64,000 nucleotides of DNA, from IMG/VR virus record IMGVR_UViG_3300017912_003441, positions 1 through 64,000 of that record; one strand, given 5' to 3'. This DNA is from a virus (taxonomy: Duplodnaviria > Caudoviricetes). Numbering within the stretch: the first letter of the stretch is position 1; each line of letters opens with the position of its first letter. The notes under the pieces are model-generated. The model was not told where the DNA came from. It worked only from the letters and a program-made list of their open reading frames with translations, and searched no databases. This document shows, piece after piece, positions 9,580 to 19,823 of the stretch. The translations under genes and the position numbers were made by a program.

Positions 9580-10423
9580 TATGTTTGCATCAATTAAGGA
9601 CTCGTTGGCTAAGCCGACGCAGTCAAGTAGTTCGACTAGCAATATTATGCGGTTGAAGACAGGTAATACCTATACGGTAAGGTTACTACCTTACACTCCA
9701 GAGCCTAGTAAGACATTTTTTCATTACTTTTCTCATGGATGGGTAAGTGAAGCAACTGGGCAATTTCAGAGCGCCATTAGTCCTCAGACTTGGGGTGAGC
9801 GTGATCCGATTGCAGAAGCTCGATTCCGTATCATGAGAACTGGTACTGAAGAAGAGAAGGAGAAAGCTAAAGCTCTTACTCGTAGGGAGCAATGGTTGAT
9901 TAATGTTTACGTCGTAAAAGATCCTGAGAACCCTGAGAATGAAGGTAAGGTCAAGATCCTTCGATTCGGTAAGCAGCTACATAAGATTATTATGGAAGCA
10001 ATCGAAGGTGATGACGCAGAAGAGTTTGGTGAAAAGATCTTCTCTTACCCTGAAGGTTGTAATCTACGTGTTAAGGTAGAAGAGCAAGGAGGTTATCCTA
10101 GCTATGTAACTTCTAGGTTCGCCAGCCCATCAGAGATTTCTGGTGTTACTAGTGATAATGTCGGATCTATTTATGAGCAAGCTTTTGAGCTTGATAAGGT
10201 ATATCCGGTTAAGTCCTATGACGAGCTTGTTACTATGTTAAACGAGCATTATTACGGTAAAGATGGTGAGTCGACGCCAGAACCTGTTAAAGCAACTCCA
10301 GCTGCTACAAGTTCTGCAATCGACGACGATGACGACGATATTGACTTTGGAGATGTAGATACCTCTTCGAAGGAAAGTGTTGACTCCGACAAAGTAAAAG
10401 AACTACTTGATACGTTGGACTAA
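9569..10423 (+). CDS. 32: Single-stranded DNA-binding protein (gp32-like)
   Basis: VRLLP, H, NVYVVKDPENPENEGKVKILRFGK, G.NLRVKV, Y..SRF, acidic C-tail. Confidence 0.9.
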   Translation: MTNSMFASIKDSLAKPTQSSSSTSNIMRLKTGNTYTVRLLPYTPEPSKTFFHYFSHGWVSEATGQFQSAISPQTWGERDPIAEARFRIMRTGTEEEKEKAKALTRREQWLINVYVVKDPENPENEGKVKILRFGKQLHKIIMEAIEGDDAEEFGEKIFSYPEGCNLRVKVEEQGGYPSYVTSRFASPSEISGVTSDNVGSIYEQAFELDKVYPVKSYDELVTMLNEHYYGKDGESTPEPVKATPAATSSAIDDDDDDIDFGDVDTSSKESVDSDKVKELLDTLD

Positions 10424-10441
10424 AAAGCTAATTAATAACAT

Positions 10442-10468
10442 AAGAGGGAGGGCAACCTCCCTCTTTTT
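10442..10468 (+). terminator. Rho-independent terminator after gp32
   Basis: AAGAGGGAGG-GCAA-CCTCCCTCTT stem-loop followed by T tract. Confidence 0.85.
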
Positions 10469-10476
10469 AAAAATTA

Positions 10477-10874
10477 TGGACCCAGAAATTGCAAAAGCTA
10501 TACATAACCTAAACGCACAATCTCACGATTTAAACCAACATATCGTACAGAGGAGTGCTACTATGCAGGAGGTTCCAATGGACCAAACTGTTTACCAAGA
10601 AGCAGAGAAAGCTAGGCAACGTATTGCAGAGAGACAAAACCCTCAACAAGCAGTACAACAAGTCCAGCAGCCAGTACAATCCCAACCTATACCTCAACCT
10701 GTACAACAGATTGTACAACAAGACTTGACCCCTCTCATAGATAGAATTACAGCTGTTGAGAAACAAGTAACTAAGTTCGTTAATCTAATTGAAAGAAACG
10801 TTGCAAAGAACGCAAAAGAGATTAATATAAGAATCAAATTAAACGAAAATAATGATTCTACCGATTCAAAATAG
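10477..10874 (+). CDS. hypothetical Gln/Pro-rich coiled-coil protein
   Basis: Start taken at ATG 10477 after the terminator; QQVQQPVQSQPIPQPVQQ tract. Confidence 0.65.
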
Positions 10875-11649
10875 AGACAACTTCATAAAAAGTTTCCTCA
10901 ACCCTATTTCAAGACTAGCTCCTAATTGTACTCTTACTGTACAAGATAAACCAGCTGCAACTCATGATTGCGGTGGATATCAAATGTCAGGCCAACCAGA
11001 TGGTGCTACAGAAGAAATATCTACAGTAGTACATAATAACTCTAATATCTTTTTAAAAGCGAGTTATCAAATGAAAAAAGGGTCTTCTGATGGGTGTACT
11101 TTGTGTTTACCTGATACAATTAAACTGATTAAAATTTTATCCTGTCTTGAGGAAGAACATTTCAACTTAGAATACAAAGAGAATTGTATTACTTATAATA
11201 ACGGTAAAGGCAGTAAGTTTAAGTATCACTTGTTTGATGATAGTTTAGCTCTAAAGAGTCCGTTTGATTTTGATAGAATAAAACAAATAGAAGAGTGGTC
11301 TTATTTTACTTTGACAAGAGAGAAAAATAATTCTATACTCAAAGCTTTGCCGTTCGTAACTGAGAATAGTAAAATATATCTCACTAATGAAGACGAAAAG
11401 GTATCCGCTGAACTAACAGATAAAAAATTACAAAATGTAGATAGTTATACAGCTCTAATAGGAGAAGATTTTGTTGGAGATAGTATTCCGGGAGAATTGA
11501 TACTTGATGTAGAGTTGTTCAGACTTATATCTACATTGAATTTTGAGGAATGTAAAGTATATATTAATAACGAGTTTAAAATGCTTAAGCTCGATATTGT
11601 AATAGACAACTGTAATCTAACTTTTGTAAGCACGAGTTTTAAGAATTAA
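10852..11649 (+). CDS. 45: DNA sliding clamp (gp45-like)
   Basis: 265 aa, replication context, KFKY.L.D mid-protein pattern and alternating beta-strand pattern typical of clamps. Confidence 0.6.
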   Translation: MILPIQNRDNFIKSFLNPISRLAPNCTLTVQDKPAATHDCGGYQMSGQPDGATEEISTVVHNNSNIFLKASYQMKKGSSDGCTLCLPDTIKLIKILSCLEEEHFNLEYKENCITYNNGKGSKFKYHLFDDSLALKSPFDFDRIKQIEEWSYFTLTREKNNSILKALPFVTENSKIYLTNEDEKVSAELTDKKLQNVDSYTALIGEDFVGDSIPGELILDVELFRLISTLNFEECKVYINNEFKMLKLDIVIDNCNLTFVSTSFKN

Positions 11650-11942
11650 TGAAAAAGAATAAAGTTACAACTTGTGGTTACTTTATCAAAAGGCTAAGAG
11701 ATAATGGTTATATTGTAAATAGAATTTTTAACGATTATTGTCCTTCTGATCCTCGAAGATGGACAGTAATGATTGATCCAAAATACACCGCACTATACAT
11801 TACTTGTTATATGAATAAAGACTGGTATGGTGATTTAATGTTCGAACTACACAACGGCAATCAATTTAAAAACCTTCAATTAAAAACAGATAGTATGGAA
11901 GTTATTATTACTAAACTTCACGAAAAAAACATACTCCCATAG
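11649..11942 (+). CDS. hypothetical protein
   Basis: 97 aa ORF, stop/start overlap. Confidence 0.7.
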   Translation: MKKNKVTTCGYFIKRLRDNGYIVNRIFNDYCPSDPRRWTVMIDPKYTALYITCYMNKDWYGDLMFELHNGNQFKNLQLKTDSMEVIITKLHEKNILP

Positions 11943-11946
11943 ATTA

Positions 11947-12246
11947 GTGAATAAAAAAAATACAAACCAAAAAAACTTTGATAGCTTGTTGAAGTCAAGC
12001 ATTAGTGCAGCAGAATCAACAGAAAATAATCAACAAGATCTTTCAGTTATAAATGATTATCTTTCTGAGTTTCTTAAAAGCTTTGTCCTATTAGGTTATG
12101 ATACTAAAGGAGAAAGCGTAGTTATAATCGCTGGTAAATCTGCTCAAGATTATGACGCTATTGAAACTCTTTTGAGAAGAGTAGGTAATATAGACTTTTT
12201 CGATACAACACAAGAACAAAAAAATAATCCAGATAGCAATGAGTAA
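11947..12246 (+). CDS. hypothetical protein
   Basis: 99 aa ORF, GTG start, operonic. Confidence 0.65.
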   Translation: MNKKNTNQKNFDSLLKSSISAAESTENNQQDLSVINDYLSEFLKSFVLLGYDTKGESVVIIAGKSAQDYDAIETLLRRVGNIDFFDTTQEQKNNPDSNE

Positions 12247-13138
12247 GTTAATTGTAATCGGTGACGGCTACATCGGGAGAAAAATTAAAGAACAACTCTC
12301 CTCACGAGTAGATGAATTAGTAGTATTAAACGGTCTTAGTTATGAGAATCCTGAAAAGCTTCTCGAAGAGTTTAACTCTATGGTAGGACCAGAAATTAGA
12401 TACGCATCAGGAGCAGGGTTTAAAGATCCAATGGATAGACCGTGGGTTATAAACTGTGTAGGTTATACTGGTAAACCAAATGTTGATGCATGTGAGGATG
12501 AAAAAGAAAAGTGTTGGCAACTTAACGTAACATTTCCAACTTTGTTAGCAAGTTTCTGCTTAAAACAAAACACAAAACTCATTAATGTTAGTTCAGGTTG
12601 TATTTACGACGGAGCTAATCTATACGAAGAAGAAGACTGGCCTGACTTCGGTCTAGATTGTGAAAACAGTAGTTGGTATAGTCGTACGAAACATGCAGCA
12701 GAACTTAGTCTTAACGCTTTTCCTAACGTGTATACCTTAAGAGTACGTATGCCTATATGTAACGACTTTAACTCGGGTAAAAACTATCTGACAAAGCTTC
12801 TCAAGTACAATAATTTGTTAGAAGAGACAAACTCGAAAACAGTTATTGAGGATTTAATCAACGTAATTCATAAAATTACAAATATAGAAGATATACCCGC
12901 GGGTGCTTATAACTGTGTAAACCCAGACCCGTTGAGTACTAAAGAAGTAACTCAATTATTAGATAAAGCAGGTATGTGGAATCCTCATTGGAAGTTTATT
13001 GACTACAATGAGCTCAAAAAACATATCAAAGCAAATAGATCAAACTGTAAACTCTCTACAGAGAAGAGCAAATTGTACAATATTGAAATGCCTTCGGAAA
13101 GAAAGTCTTTAGAGAGAATTTTACTCAATGAAGAATAA
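12239..13138 (+). CDS. NDP-4-keto-6-deoxyglucose 3,5-epimerase/4-reductase (RmlD-family, NRS/ER type)
   Basis: GDGYIG, GYTGKPNVDACE, SSGCIY, YSRTK, TLRVRMPI, RSNC. Confidence 0.85.
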   Translation: MSKLIVIGDGYIGRKIKEQLSSRVDELVVLNGLSYENPEKLLEEFNSMVGPEIRYASGAGFKDPMDRPWVINCVGYTGKPNVDACEDEKEKCWQLNVTFPTLLASFCLKQNTKLINVSSGCIYDGANLYEEEDWPDFGLDCENSSWYSRTKHAAELSLNAFPNVYTLRVRMPICNDFNSGKNYLTKLLKYNNLLEETNSKTVIEDLINVIHKITNIEDIPAGAYNCVNPDPLSTKEVTQLLDKAGMWNPHWKFIDYNELKKHIKANRSNCKLSTEKSKLYNIEMPSERKSLERILLNEE

Positions 13139-14132
13139 ACACATTCTAGTAACGGGTGGTTTGGGATTTATCGGTAGTCACTTTGTTGAGCTGCTACATG
13201 AAAAGTGTACGAACTGCAAAATTACAATTGTAGATAGTTACAATTATAGTGTATCAGAAAGAACTGAAAACCTATTATGGGATCTTTATCTAGATAAGAA
13301 GAATAAATTAGAAATAGCCTATAAGTCCATACATGAGTATAACAATGTCAGGTTGTATGATTACATAATTAATTTCGCTGCTGAATCTCATGTTGACAAC
13401 AGTATTAAAAACGGAGACCCGTTTATTCAATCTAATGTTGTTGGTGTTTACAATTTACTCAACCAACTTAAAGAAGGTCAACGATTTATTCAAATTGGTA
13501 CAGACGAAGTATATGGTAGTTTACAATTAACCAGTTCTCCGAGCGAAGAAGGTGATCTTTTGAAACCATCATCGGTCTACTCTTCCACAAAAGCTGCTGC
13601 CGATCTTATTGCTCTTTCATATTATCATACATACAAGCGAGATATTATCGTTACGAGATGTACTAATAATTTCGGCCCTAGACAGTATCCAGAAAAGTTA
13701 ATACCGGTTGTAGTAAGAAATGCTCTAGCAGATTCATACGTTCCAGTTTATGGTACAGGTGAAAATGTTCGACAATGGATATATGTGAAAGATCATTGTG
13801 AAAAAATCTTTAATGTTCTAAAATATGGTACTTCGGGAGACATTTATAATTTTGCTCCTAATTATGGAAACGACAACCATGGTGAGATTAATAATATTAA
13901 TTTAGTTAAAGAAATATTACATATTCTAAAGAAACCAGAAAGTCTTATCTCCTTTGTAGAAGACAGAAAAGGTCATGACTTAAAATATTCTCTTAGAGAA
14001 AGTAATTATAGAAATATGATGATTCAAGCTGGATATCAGCTAGACTTACCTGGAACAAAAAAAACATTTGCCGATGATTTGAGATACACTATAATGTGGT
14101 ATACGAAAAATGAAAGCTGGTGGGAAAGATAA
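13128..14132 (+). CDS. rmlB: dTDP-glucose 4,6-dehydratase
   Basis: VTGGLGFIGSHF, NFAAESHVDNSI, TDEVYGSL, YSSTK, NNFGPRQYPEKLIP, DRKGHD. Confidence 0.95.
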   Translation: MKNKHILVTGGLGFIGSHFVELLHEKCTNCKITIVDSYNYSVSERTENLLWDLYLDKKNKLEIAYKSIHEYNNVRLYDYIINFAAESHVDNSIKNGDPFIQSNVVGVYNLLNQLKEGQRFIQIGTDEVYGSLQLTSSPSEEGDLLKPSSVYSSTKAAADLIALSYYHTYKRDIIVTRCTNNFGPRQYPEKLIPVVVRNALADSYVPVYGTGENVRQWIYVKDHCEKIFNVLKYGTSGDIYNFAPNYGNDNHGEINNINLVKEILHILKKPESLISFVEDRKGHDLKYSLRESNYRNMMIQAGYQLDLPGTKKTFADDLRYTIMWYTKNESWWER

Positions 14133-15060
14133 TATTATAATTGACGGCAATAATTTGCTGTATCGAATCTTCTGGACTAGTAACTTTAAAATAGACGAAT
14201 CTGATTCTCCGGGTCAGATTTTTTTATTCCTTAGAGCTCTAAAATCTTATGTAGATAAATTTCAAGCAAAGAATGTTTATTGCGCTTGGGATAAAAAGCT
14301 CGATTGGCCTAGTACAAACTTCCGTAAAGAGGCAGCAGGGGTAGAATACAAGGCAGGCAGAGACGACGACAAGTTTAAAGATGTGTTTGAATACTTAGAA
14401 AATATTATCGACATCATCGCGATGCTTGGTGTTAAGAATATCTACCCCAAACGTATGGAAGCAGATGATGTAATGGCTTGGCTTGCTAGAACCCTACCAG
14501 GTCAAAACGTTGTTGTTACAACTGATAAAGATCTCTTACAATTAGTAAACAACAAAATTACTGTATACAACCCTATAAAGAAGAAAGAAGTAACTCTCTC
14601 AAACTTCGAAGAATATACGGGAGTGAGAAAGGAATATTATATGTCCTATAGAGTTGTAACAGGAGATAAATCTGATAATATTCAAGGCTTTCCTAGATTC
14701 GGTTTAAAGCGGTTTCTCAAGTTAGAACATAAAATTGTAACAATGGATGGTAAAGAGCAAGTTGCTCTTATAGAAGGTAATTCGATCACAGAAGAACAAT
14801 TTGTAATATATAAGCGCAATTGGGGACTAATGAATTTAGAAGTAGGGTATAACTACTATGATGATGAAGTTCCAGCTTATAAGCGCCAGATAGAAGACCT
14901 TACATTACATACAAGCAACTTCACAAAATTTATTGAAAAAGCAAAAGAATATGATTTGTGGTCAGTTGTACGAAACAGTACGTCATGGAGAGAATCCTTT
15001 AATACAAACGAAAATGTATTAAATACTATAAACAAAGCTATACAACATGCACAACCCTAA
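14110..15060 (+). CDS. rnh: 5'-3' exonuclease / T4 RNase H
   Basis: IIDGNNL, YKAGR, EADD, TDKDLLQL, GDKSDNIQG. Confidence 0.9.
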   Translation: MKAGGKDNIIIDGNNLLYRIFWTSNFKIDESDSPGQIFLFLRALKSYVDKFQAKNVYCAWDKKLDWPSTNFRKEAAGVEYKAGRDDDKFKDVFEYLENIIDIIAMLGVKNIYPKRMEADDVMAWLARTLPGQNVVVTTDKDLLQLVNNKITVYNPIKKKEVTLSNFEEYTGVRKEYYMSYRVVTGDKSDNIQGFPRFGLKRFLKLEHKIVTMDGKEQVALIEGNSITEEQFVIYKRNWGLMNLEVGYNYYDDEVPAYKRQIEDLTLHTSNFTKFIEKAKEYDLWSVVRNSTSWRESFNTNENVLNTINKAIQHAQP

Positions 15061-15226
15061 TCAACCAAGAAATATCGTCGGTCCTTCAGGAGCAACTGTC
15101 CGCCCTACTATCAGAGAAGTTCGGGTCGGTAATGAAATCCGCACCGAAGCTCATTACGTTGATCCTCGTACTGGTCAGTTTATAACTAAGATACCAGTAT
15201 CTGTTCGTACAGTAGATGATAAATGA
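15047..15226 (+). CDS. small hypothetical protein (59 aa, not in ORF track)
   Basis: MHNPNQPRNIVGPSGATVRPTIREVRVGNEIRTEAHYVDPRTGQFITKIPVSVRTVDDK; bridges rnh and primase with short overlaps. Confidence 0.7.
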   Translation: MHNPNQPRNIVGPSGATVRPTIREVRVGNEIRTEAHYVDPRTGQFITKIPVSVRTVDDK

Positions 15227-16250
15227 AATAATCCCAGAAGGGTATGTTGCCGAGAAGTTCTATCAATACGCAGGATACCCTAAATACAAAAAACTTACCA
15301 ATGTATATGAAGCAGGTTGCCCTATTTGTCGTGAAGGTAAATCTTGGGGCAAAAAAAGACGTTTATATTATGTTGTAAAAGATAATTATATTTTTTGTCA
15401 CAACTGCGGATGGGCTGGTTCTCCTGTAAAATGGATTCAAGAAGTTACAGGAAAAAACTATCTTGAAATTATTGACGAAAGTAAATCTTTTTCTACTTTT
15501 ATAGTACCTGTAGAAAAAAAGAATAAAGATATAGAAGAAAAGACTCCTCCGTCATTACCTGGAGATTGTATTAATCTATATGATAAGTCTCAATACAGTT
15601 TCTACATTAATGAACCAATGGTCAAACGCGCAGTTGATATATGTAAAGAGCGTAAGTTATTTACTGCAGTAAATAGACCCAAATCTTTGTGGTTTTGTCG
15701 TAACGACTTTGTACATAAAAATAGAATCATTATACCTTTTTACGAAAATAAAGATATTGTTTTTTATCAATCTCGAAAATTAGAAGGTAACAAAAAAGAT
15801 ACGAAACCGAAATACCTATCTAAGGTTGGATCAGATAAAACTGTTTTTAATATTAATAACGTAAATGACGATTTAGGTTATATGTTTATATTTGAAGGAC
15901 CAATCGATAGCTTTTTTGTAAAAAACGGTGTCGCTGTTGGTGGTATAAGTAAAGGTCGTTCTTGCTTTACAAAACGACAAGAGCAGCAATTACAGCAAAA
16001 ACCATTTCATAAGCGTATATGGGTATTGGATAATCAATATCAAGACCAGACTGCAAAAGAGAAAACTCATTCTTTATTGAGTATGGGAGAGAGTTGTTTT
16101 ATATGGCCAGAAGAGCTAAAAAACTTCAAAGACTTTAATGATATATGTCAAAAAATAAACCGCGACAAAATATCATCGCGGTTTATAGTTAGTAATAGTT
16201 ATAACGAACTTAAGGGAAAGTTACTGTTAACTAGATTAACGTCTTCTTAA
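15216..16250 (+). CDS. 61: DNA primase (gp61-like)
   Basis: CPIC...CHNCG Zn finger, RIIIPF, FYQSR, KYL, TOPRIM EGPIDS, LDN, KDFND. Confidence 0.92.
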   Translation: MINEIIPEGYVAEKFYQYAGYPKYKKLTNVYEAGCPICREGKSWGKKRRLYYVVKDNYIFCHNCGWAGSPVKWIQEVTGKNYLEIIDESKSFSTFIVPVEKKNKDIEEKTPPSLPGDCINLYDKSQYSFYINEPMVKRAVDICKERKLFTAVNRPKSLWFCRNDFVHKNRIIIPFYENKDIVFYQSRKLEGNKKDTKPKYLSKVGSDKTVFNINNVNDDLGYMFIFEGPIDSFFVKNGVAVGGISKGRSCFTKRQEQQLQQKPFHKRIWVLDNQYQDQTAKEKTHSLLSMGESCFIWPEELKNFKDFNDICQKINRDKISSRFIVSNSYNELKGKLLLTRLTSS

Positions 16251-16385
16251 TTTCTTCTTCCGACGTCTGCGTGCTTCTTCATCAGTAGGAGCTGGAGCTG
16301 GTATAGGAGCCTTTTTCTCTACTTTTTTCTCTACTGGTTTTTCAGTAGCTTTTTCTTCTTTTGGTTCTTCGTCAAATAGTCCCAT
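16236..16385 (-). CDS. small protein with Arg/Lys-rich tail (49 aa, not in ORF track)
   Basis: MGLFDEEPKEEKATEKPVEKKVEKKAPIPAPAPTDEEARRRRKKKLRRR; starts 7 nt after upstream stop. Confidence 0.65.
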   Translation of the reverse strand: MGLFDEEPKEEKATEKPVEKKVEKKAPIPAPAPTDEEARRRRKKKLRRR

Positions 16386-16392
16386 GATATAA

Positions 16393-16785
16393 TTATTTAT
16401 GTTTTTCTAGGTAAAGGTTTTTAAAGACTTGGTTTAGACTCGCTAAACGCTCGCACACGTCTAAGATCTCTGACTTAGTCGCATCCGATATACTATCAAA
16501 AATAGTACCGATTTTATTGTCAGTTCTTAACTGGCCCAAGACACTATCAGTACCACCGTTTAAGTATTCTAAAATTTCGTCAATATTGGCCGTCCAATCT
16601 TGTAATAATTCTAACTCTCTAGCAGTGTTTGGTTGATTGTCTAGTACATCTTCTAAGTCACTTGCCGTACTAGGATCGTCTAAAGTATTCGCGAGAGCTG
16701 CTTGATCATCACCAGGATTCGCGTCAATCGCTGGTACTTCATCTTCTTTCAGCAAAGATAAAAATTTATTTTCGAACTTTCCCAT
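16393..16785 (-). CDS. hypothetical late protein
   Basis: 130 aa; TAAATA 5 nt upstream. Confidence 0.75.
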   Translation of the reverse strand: MGKFENKFLSLLKEDEVPAIDANPGDDQAALANTLDDPSTASDLEDVLDNQPNTARELELLQDWTANIDEILEYLNGGTDSVLGQLRTDNKIGTIFDSISDATKSEILDVCERLASLNQVFKNLYLEKHK

Positions 16786-16806
16786 GTAAGTATTTATTAA
16801 ATACTT
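16786..16806. promoter_or_regulatory. back-to-back T4-type late promoters
   Basis: TATTTA 16791-16796 (minus) and TAAATA 16798-16803 (plus). Confidence 0.7.
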
Positions 16807-17175
16807 ATGATGAAAGGCATACTTTTTGAAGATTTATATATGTACACGAACAAATACTGGAAGGATGTAAAGTCTAGACATGTTCGACCTACTACAAAAA
16901 CATTAGCTGATATCGCGAATGCTAGCCCAGAAACTTACAATAAAGTAAAAGCCGATCTCGTCCCTTTTCCTGGAGATCACGCCGTTGAGCAACTTGGTTC
17001 CGCGTTTAAAAGTATTTCAGATGCGCAATATTTACTTAACCAATTATTCGAAAACCCTACTGTTAACAGTAAACCAGAAACTCAAAAATCCGTAAATTTA
17101 AAGTTGCAAAAAATTCAGGATCTTATAAAATCGGTAGCGGACGATTTAGATCATGATAGCTCAGATAATTCGTAG
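16807..17175 (+). CDS. hypothetical late protein
   Basis: 122 aa ORF after late promoter (start may be ATG 16810). Confidence 0.75.
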   Translation: MMKGILFEDLYMYTNKYWKDVKSRHVRPTTKTLADIANASPETYNKVKADLVPFPGDHAVEQLGSAFKSISDAQYLLNQLFENPTVNSKPETQKSVNLKLQKIQDLIKSVADDLDHDSSDNS

Positions 17176-17542
17176 TTTAATACTCTTAATAATAATTTCT
17201 AGCAGCGTTGGTGGGGTTGGTTACTTCTTTGATCCTTCTTTATTAACGTTTACAAAATATTTTGTACTGACAACTGGTTTACAAATAATATTCTTCTTTC
17301 TCTATAATAACGTATTGAGATATATAGCAAGACTTAATCTCGAAAAAGAAAGTTTACAATTAGCTCAACTCGCAGAAAAAAATAAAATCTTCATTGAATG
17401 TCAAGGCTGTAAAAGTACAAATAGCGTAGATATAGATCTTACTCAGGAAAATAATTTTAAATGCGTTAACTGTGGAGCAGAAAATAAAATTAATATTGAC
17501 TTCACAACAATATTACCAACTAATCCAATTTATGACAAATAA
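17153..17542 (+). CDS. membrane protein with C-terminal Zn ribbon
   Basis: Two hydrophobic segments, CQGC...CVNC. Confidence 0.7.
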   Translation: MIAQIIRSLILLIIISSSVGGVGYFFDPSLLTFTKYFVLTTGLQIIFFFLYNNVLRYIARLNLEKESLQLAQLAEKNKIFIECQGCKSTNSVDIDLTQENNFKCVNCGAENKINIDFTTILPTNPIYDK

Positions 17543-17759
17543 AGAAAAAGAAACTGACTACTCTAAACTAGCACGATGGTTGTGCTTATATGAAGCTGTA
17601 AATATTATCTCTGATAAAGCAGAGCAAGTAGGTGCGAGTGCAGATTGTTTGAAACCAATTCCAATTAGTAAGTATATTAACGAAAGATTTCCGTCGTTGC
17701 TCAAAGACCTAGAACACGAAATTGAGGCTAGTAATAGTCCCCGTACACATCGTCATTAG
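17532..17759 (+). CDS. hypothetical protein
   Basis: Start at ATG 17532 (MTNKEK) overlapping previous stop region. Confidence 0.65.
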   Translation: MTNKEKETDYSKLARWLCLYEAVNIISDKAEQVGASADCLKPIPISKYINERFPSLLKDLEHEIEASNSPRTHRH

Positions 17760-18459
17760 TACCATAATCAAAATAACTTGACTGATCAGTATCAAGATCA
17801 TTAATATAATCAGTTTCAATCGCCGTTAAAGGACCAACACCAGATGTGTCTGTTACTTGTGTAGAGCCTGCCTCTGCATCTAGACCAGGTAAGAATGCAT
17901 GGTCGTTTCTTCTTGCTCTAAGTCTAAAAACATAATGGCCTTGAAGCTGATTAATTTCATTTATAGACTCATCTAATCGTTCTGTAATTTCAAATATCTT
18001 CCCATTACGCTCATTCGGTCGATCATCTCCATACTCAGTTAATTGAAATACATCACCCGCTTTTGGTTCAGAGGCGCTTGAAGACGTGTAATATGTTGAA
18101 AGACTTTTTTGATATGTTTCTATATCAATAATTGCGGTTAGCTCATCGTCAGATACTAGACCGTATTGAGAGTACGTTAAGGAACCGTCGCTTAAATCTA
18201 TTAACATAACAAACGAAGCTTTTGGGTGATATCCTTGATGGGTGTTTTCACCGTATACTTTATCAGTTGCGCTTAAGGCAAAATTACGTACATAGTAATC
18301 TATCTTAGTACCATATAATCTAATTTGTTCTTTCCACCAACGCTTATATGTTTGAGCTCTTTCGTTAACTGAATTGGTTTTGAGATTAAACCGAATAGTT
18401 TGCTCAGCATCGTTGAAGTATTTTACTGCTGAAATAGACTCTGTTAAGAAAGCTCCCAT
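17728..18459 (-). CDS. 14: Neck / head-completion protein (gp14-like)
   Basis: EQIRLYG..IDYY.R, D.VYGE, SQYGL..DDELT, PKAGD, KIFEIT. Confidence 0.8.
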   Translation of the reverse strand: MGAFLTESISAVKYFNDAEQTIRFNLKTNSVNERAQTYKRWWKEQIRLYGTKIDYYVRNFALSATDKVYGENTHQGYHPKASFVMLIDLSDGSLTYSQYGLVSDDELTAIIDIETYQKSLSTYYTSSSASEPKAGDVFQLTEYGDDRPNERNGKIFEITERLDESINEINQLQGHYVFRLRARRNDHAFLPGLDAEAGSTQVTDTSGVGPLTAIETDYINDLDTDQSSYFDYGTNDDVYGDYY

Positions 18460-18779
18460 TATTTTTTAATGTAATATTTGTTGTCGTTTATAAAGAATGT
18501 AATACCTGTGTTCCCTAAATTGCGAGAAATTCGTTGTTCAAGGTCAGTAATTTTATATATTGATTTAATTTGTTGTACTTCTTGATCATTTAATAAAAAT
18601 GACCCTGAATCCATACTCTTTAAGCGTTTTAATTTATCTGGATAGTTTGGATCTGTCTTATACATTTGAGGTAACAGGTTTTGTTTTTTTCTACCCATAC
18701 CTGTACTACCTTTGAACTTTCTACTAGCTAGTAAGTTCTCTGGTCTCTTTAGTACCTCTAGAAAGATCTTCTTAAACAT
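18459..18779 (-). CDS. hypothetical late protein
   Basis: 106 aa basic ORF; TAAATA 6 nt upstream. Confidence 0.7.
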   Translation of the reverse strand: MFKKIFLEVLKRPENLLASRKFKGSTGMGRKKQNLLPQMYKTDPNYPDKLKRLKSMDSGSFLLNDQEVQQIKSIYKITDLEQRISRNLGNTGITFFINDNKYYIKK

Positions 18780-18793
18780 TTTAATTATTTAAT

Positions 18794-18822
18794 AAAAAAA
18801 GCCCCCTGCATACGCAAGAGGC
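18794..18822 (-). terminator. Rho-independent terminator
   Basis: GCCTCTTGC-GTAT-GCAGGGGGC stem followed by T7 on minus strand. Confidence 0.8.
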
Positions 18823-18849
18823 TTCTTTAAAGGTATTTTAATTATTGTC

Positions 18850-19809
18850 TTATACAGCTAATTTAGCTTTACCAACGCCTTTAGCTTTTGTGTGACCGGG
18901 TTGTTTGCCTTCTCCAGTATCTGTACCACCGTCAATTTCGTCGGTTACTGGTTGTGTACCATCCCCGGAAGACTTACCACCTAAGCTATCAGCAGCCAGC
19001 TCAGTGGCTTTACCGCCTCCGTTAGATGGATCAACACCAGGCTTAGAACCATCTTTGGTGTGATGGGTGTCTTCTTCAGTTACCTCAGCGCTTTCGTGAG
19101 CGCCAGCTTCGAGAGGATCTGGCTCATCACCAAGTTCATCGTCGCCTTCGTCCTCACCACCGATAGCAGCCATCAAAACATCATGTAACTTCTCAGCTAC
19201 ATCTTTGTCTAATGTGATTGATATAGAACCATCACCCTCGTCATCTCCGAGCTCGAGCTCATCAATACCATCAGTTTCGTCTTCGGTAGGAAGACCAAGT
19301 TCAAAATCTTCGTCTTCACTCATTACGCTCTCGTAGAGCTCGTCAAATGTTGATTTATTTTCGGACATAATATTACCTTTGTTAGAATTATTTATGCTCT
19401 CTTTCGCAGTTTTTTTGGACTTTTTATCTTCTTTTTCGGCTCCTTCGATTGGCTCTTGTAATTCATCATGAACCTGCTCACACCCACCCTCTTCAATATC
19501 ATCAGCTTTAACCTCGTCTTTAGGTCGCTGATCAGTAGCTTTTTCGTTTACTTTCTTTTTCTTATCTTTAAAAGCTTTCTTCATTGGCTCTTTTTTATCA
19601 CCATCTCCATCAGCATCTATATAATCAGGCTTTGCCGCCTCTTTGGTTTCTTCTTCTTCGTCTTTTTTAAGACGTTTTGCTAATGCTTGACCTGCTTTCT
19701 TAGCAGCAATGCCCGCAACAGCGCGCCCCACTACTGCTACTGCAGGTGCTACCTCACTTACTTTAGTTTTGTAAGCTTCATTTAATATGTCGAAATCTTT
19801 TCCGGTCAT
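18850..19809 (-). CDS. acidic low-complexity late protein, probable prohead core/internal protein
   Basis: Start at ATG 19809 (5 nt after TAAATA); many [ILV]xE sites; KPDYIDADGDGDKKEPMKKA motif. Confidence 0.6.
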   Translation of the reverse strand: MTGKDFDILNEAYKTKVSEVAPAVAVVGRAVAGIAAKKAGQALAKRLKKDEEEETKEAAKPDYIDADGDGDKKEPMKKAFKDKKKKVNEKATDQRPKDEVKADDIEEGGCEQVHDELQEPIEGAEKEDKKSKKTAKESINNSNKGNIMSENKSTFDELYESVMSEDEDFELGLPTEDETDGIDELELGDDEGDGSISITLDKDVAEKLHDVLMAAIGGEDEGDDELGDEPDPLEAGAHESAEVTEEDTHHTKDGSKPGVDPSNGGGKATELAADSLGGKSSGDGTQPVTDEIDGGTDTGEGKQPGHTKAKGVGKAKLAV

Positions 19810-19810
19810 G

Positions 19811-19820
19811 TAAATATTTA
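19811..19820. promoter_or_regulatory. palindromic bidirectional late promoter TAAATATTTA
   Basis: Sole content of a 14-nt gap between divergent ATGs 19809 and 19824. Confidence 0.7.
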
Positions 19821-19823
19821 TTA

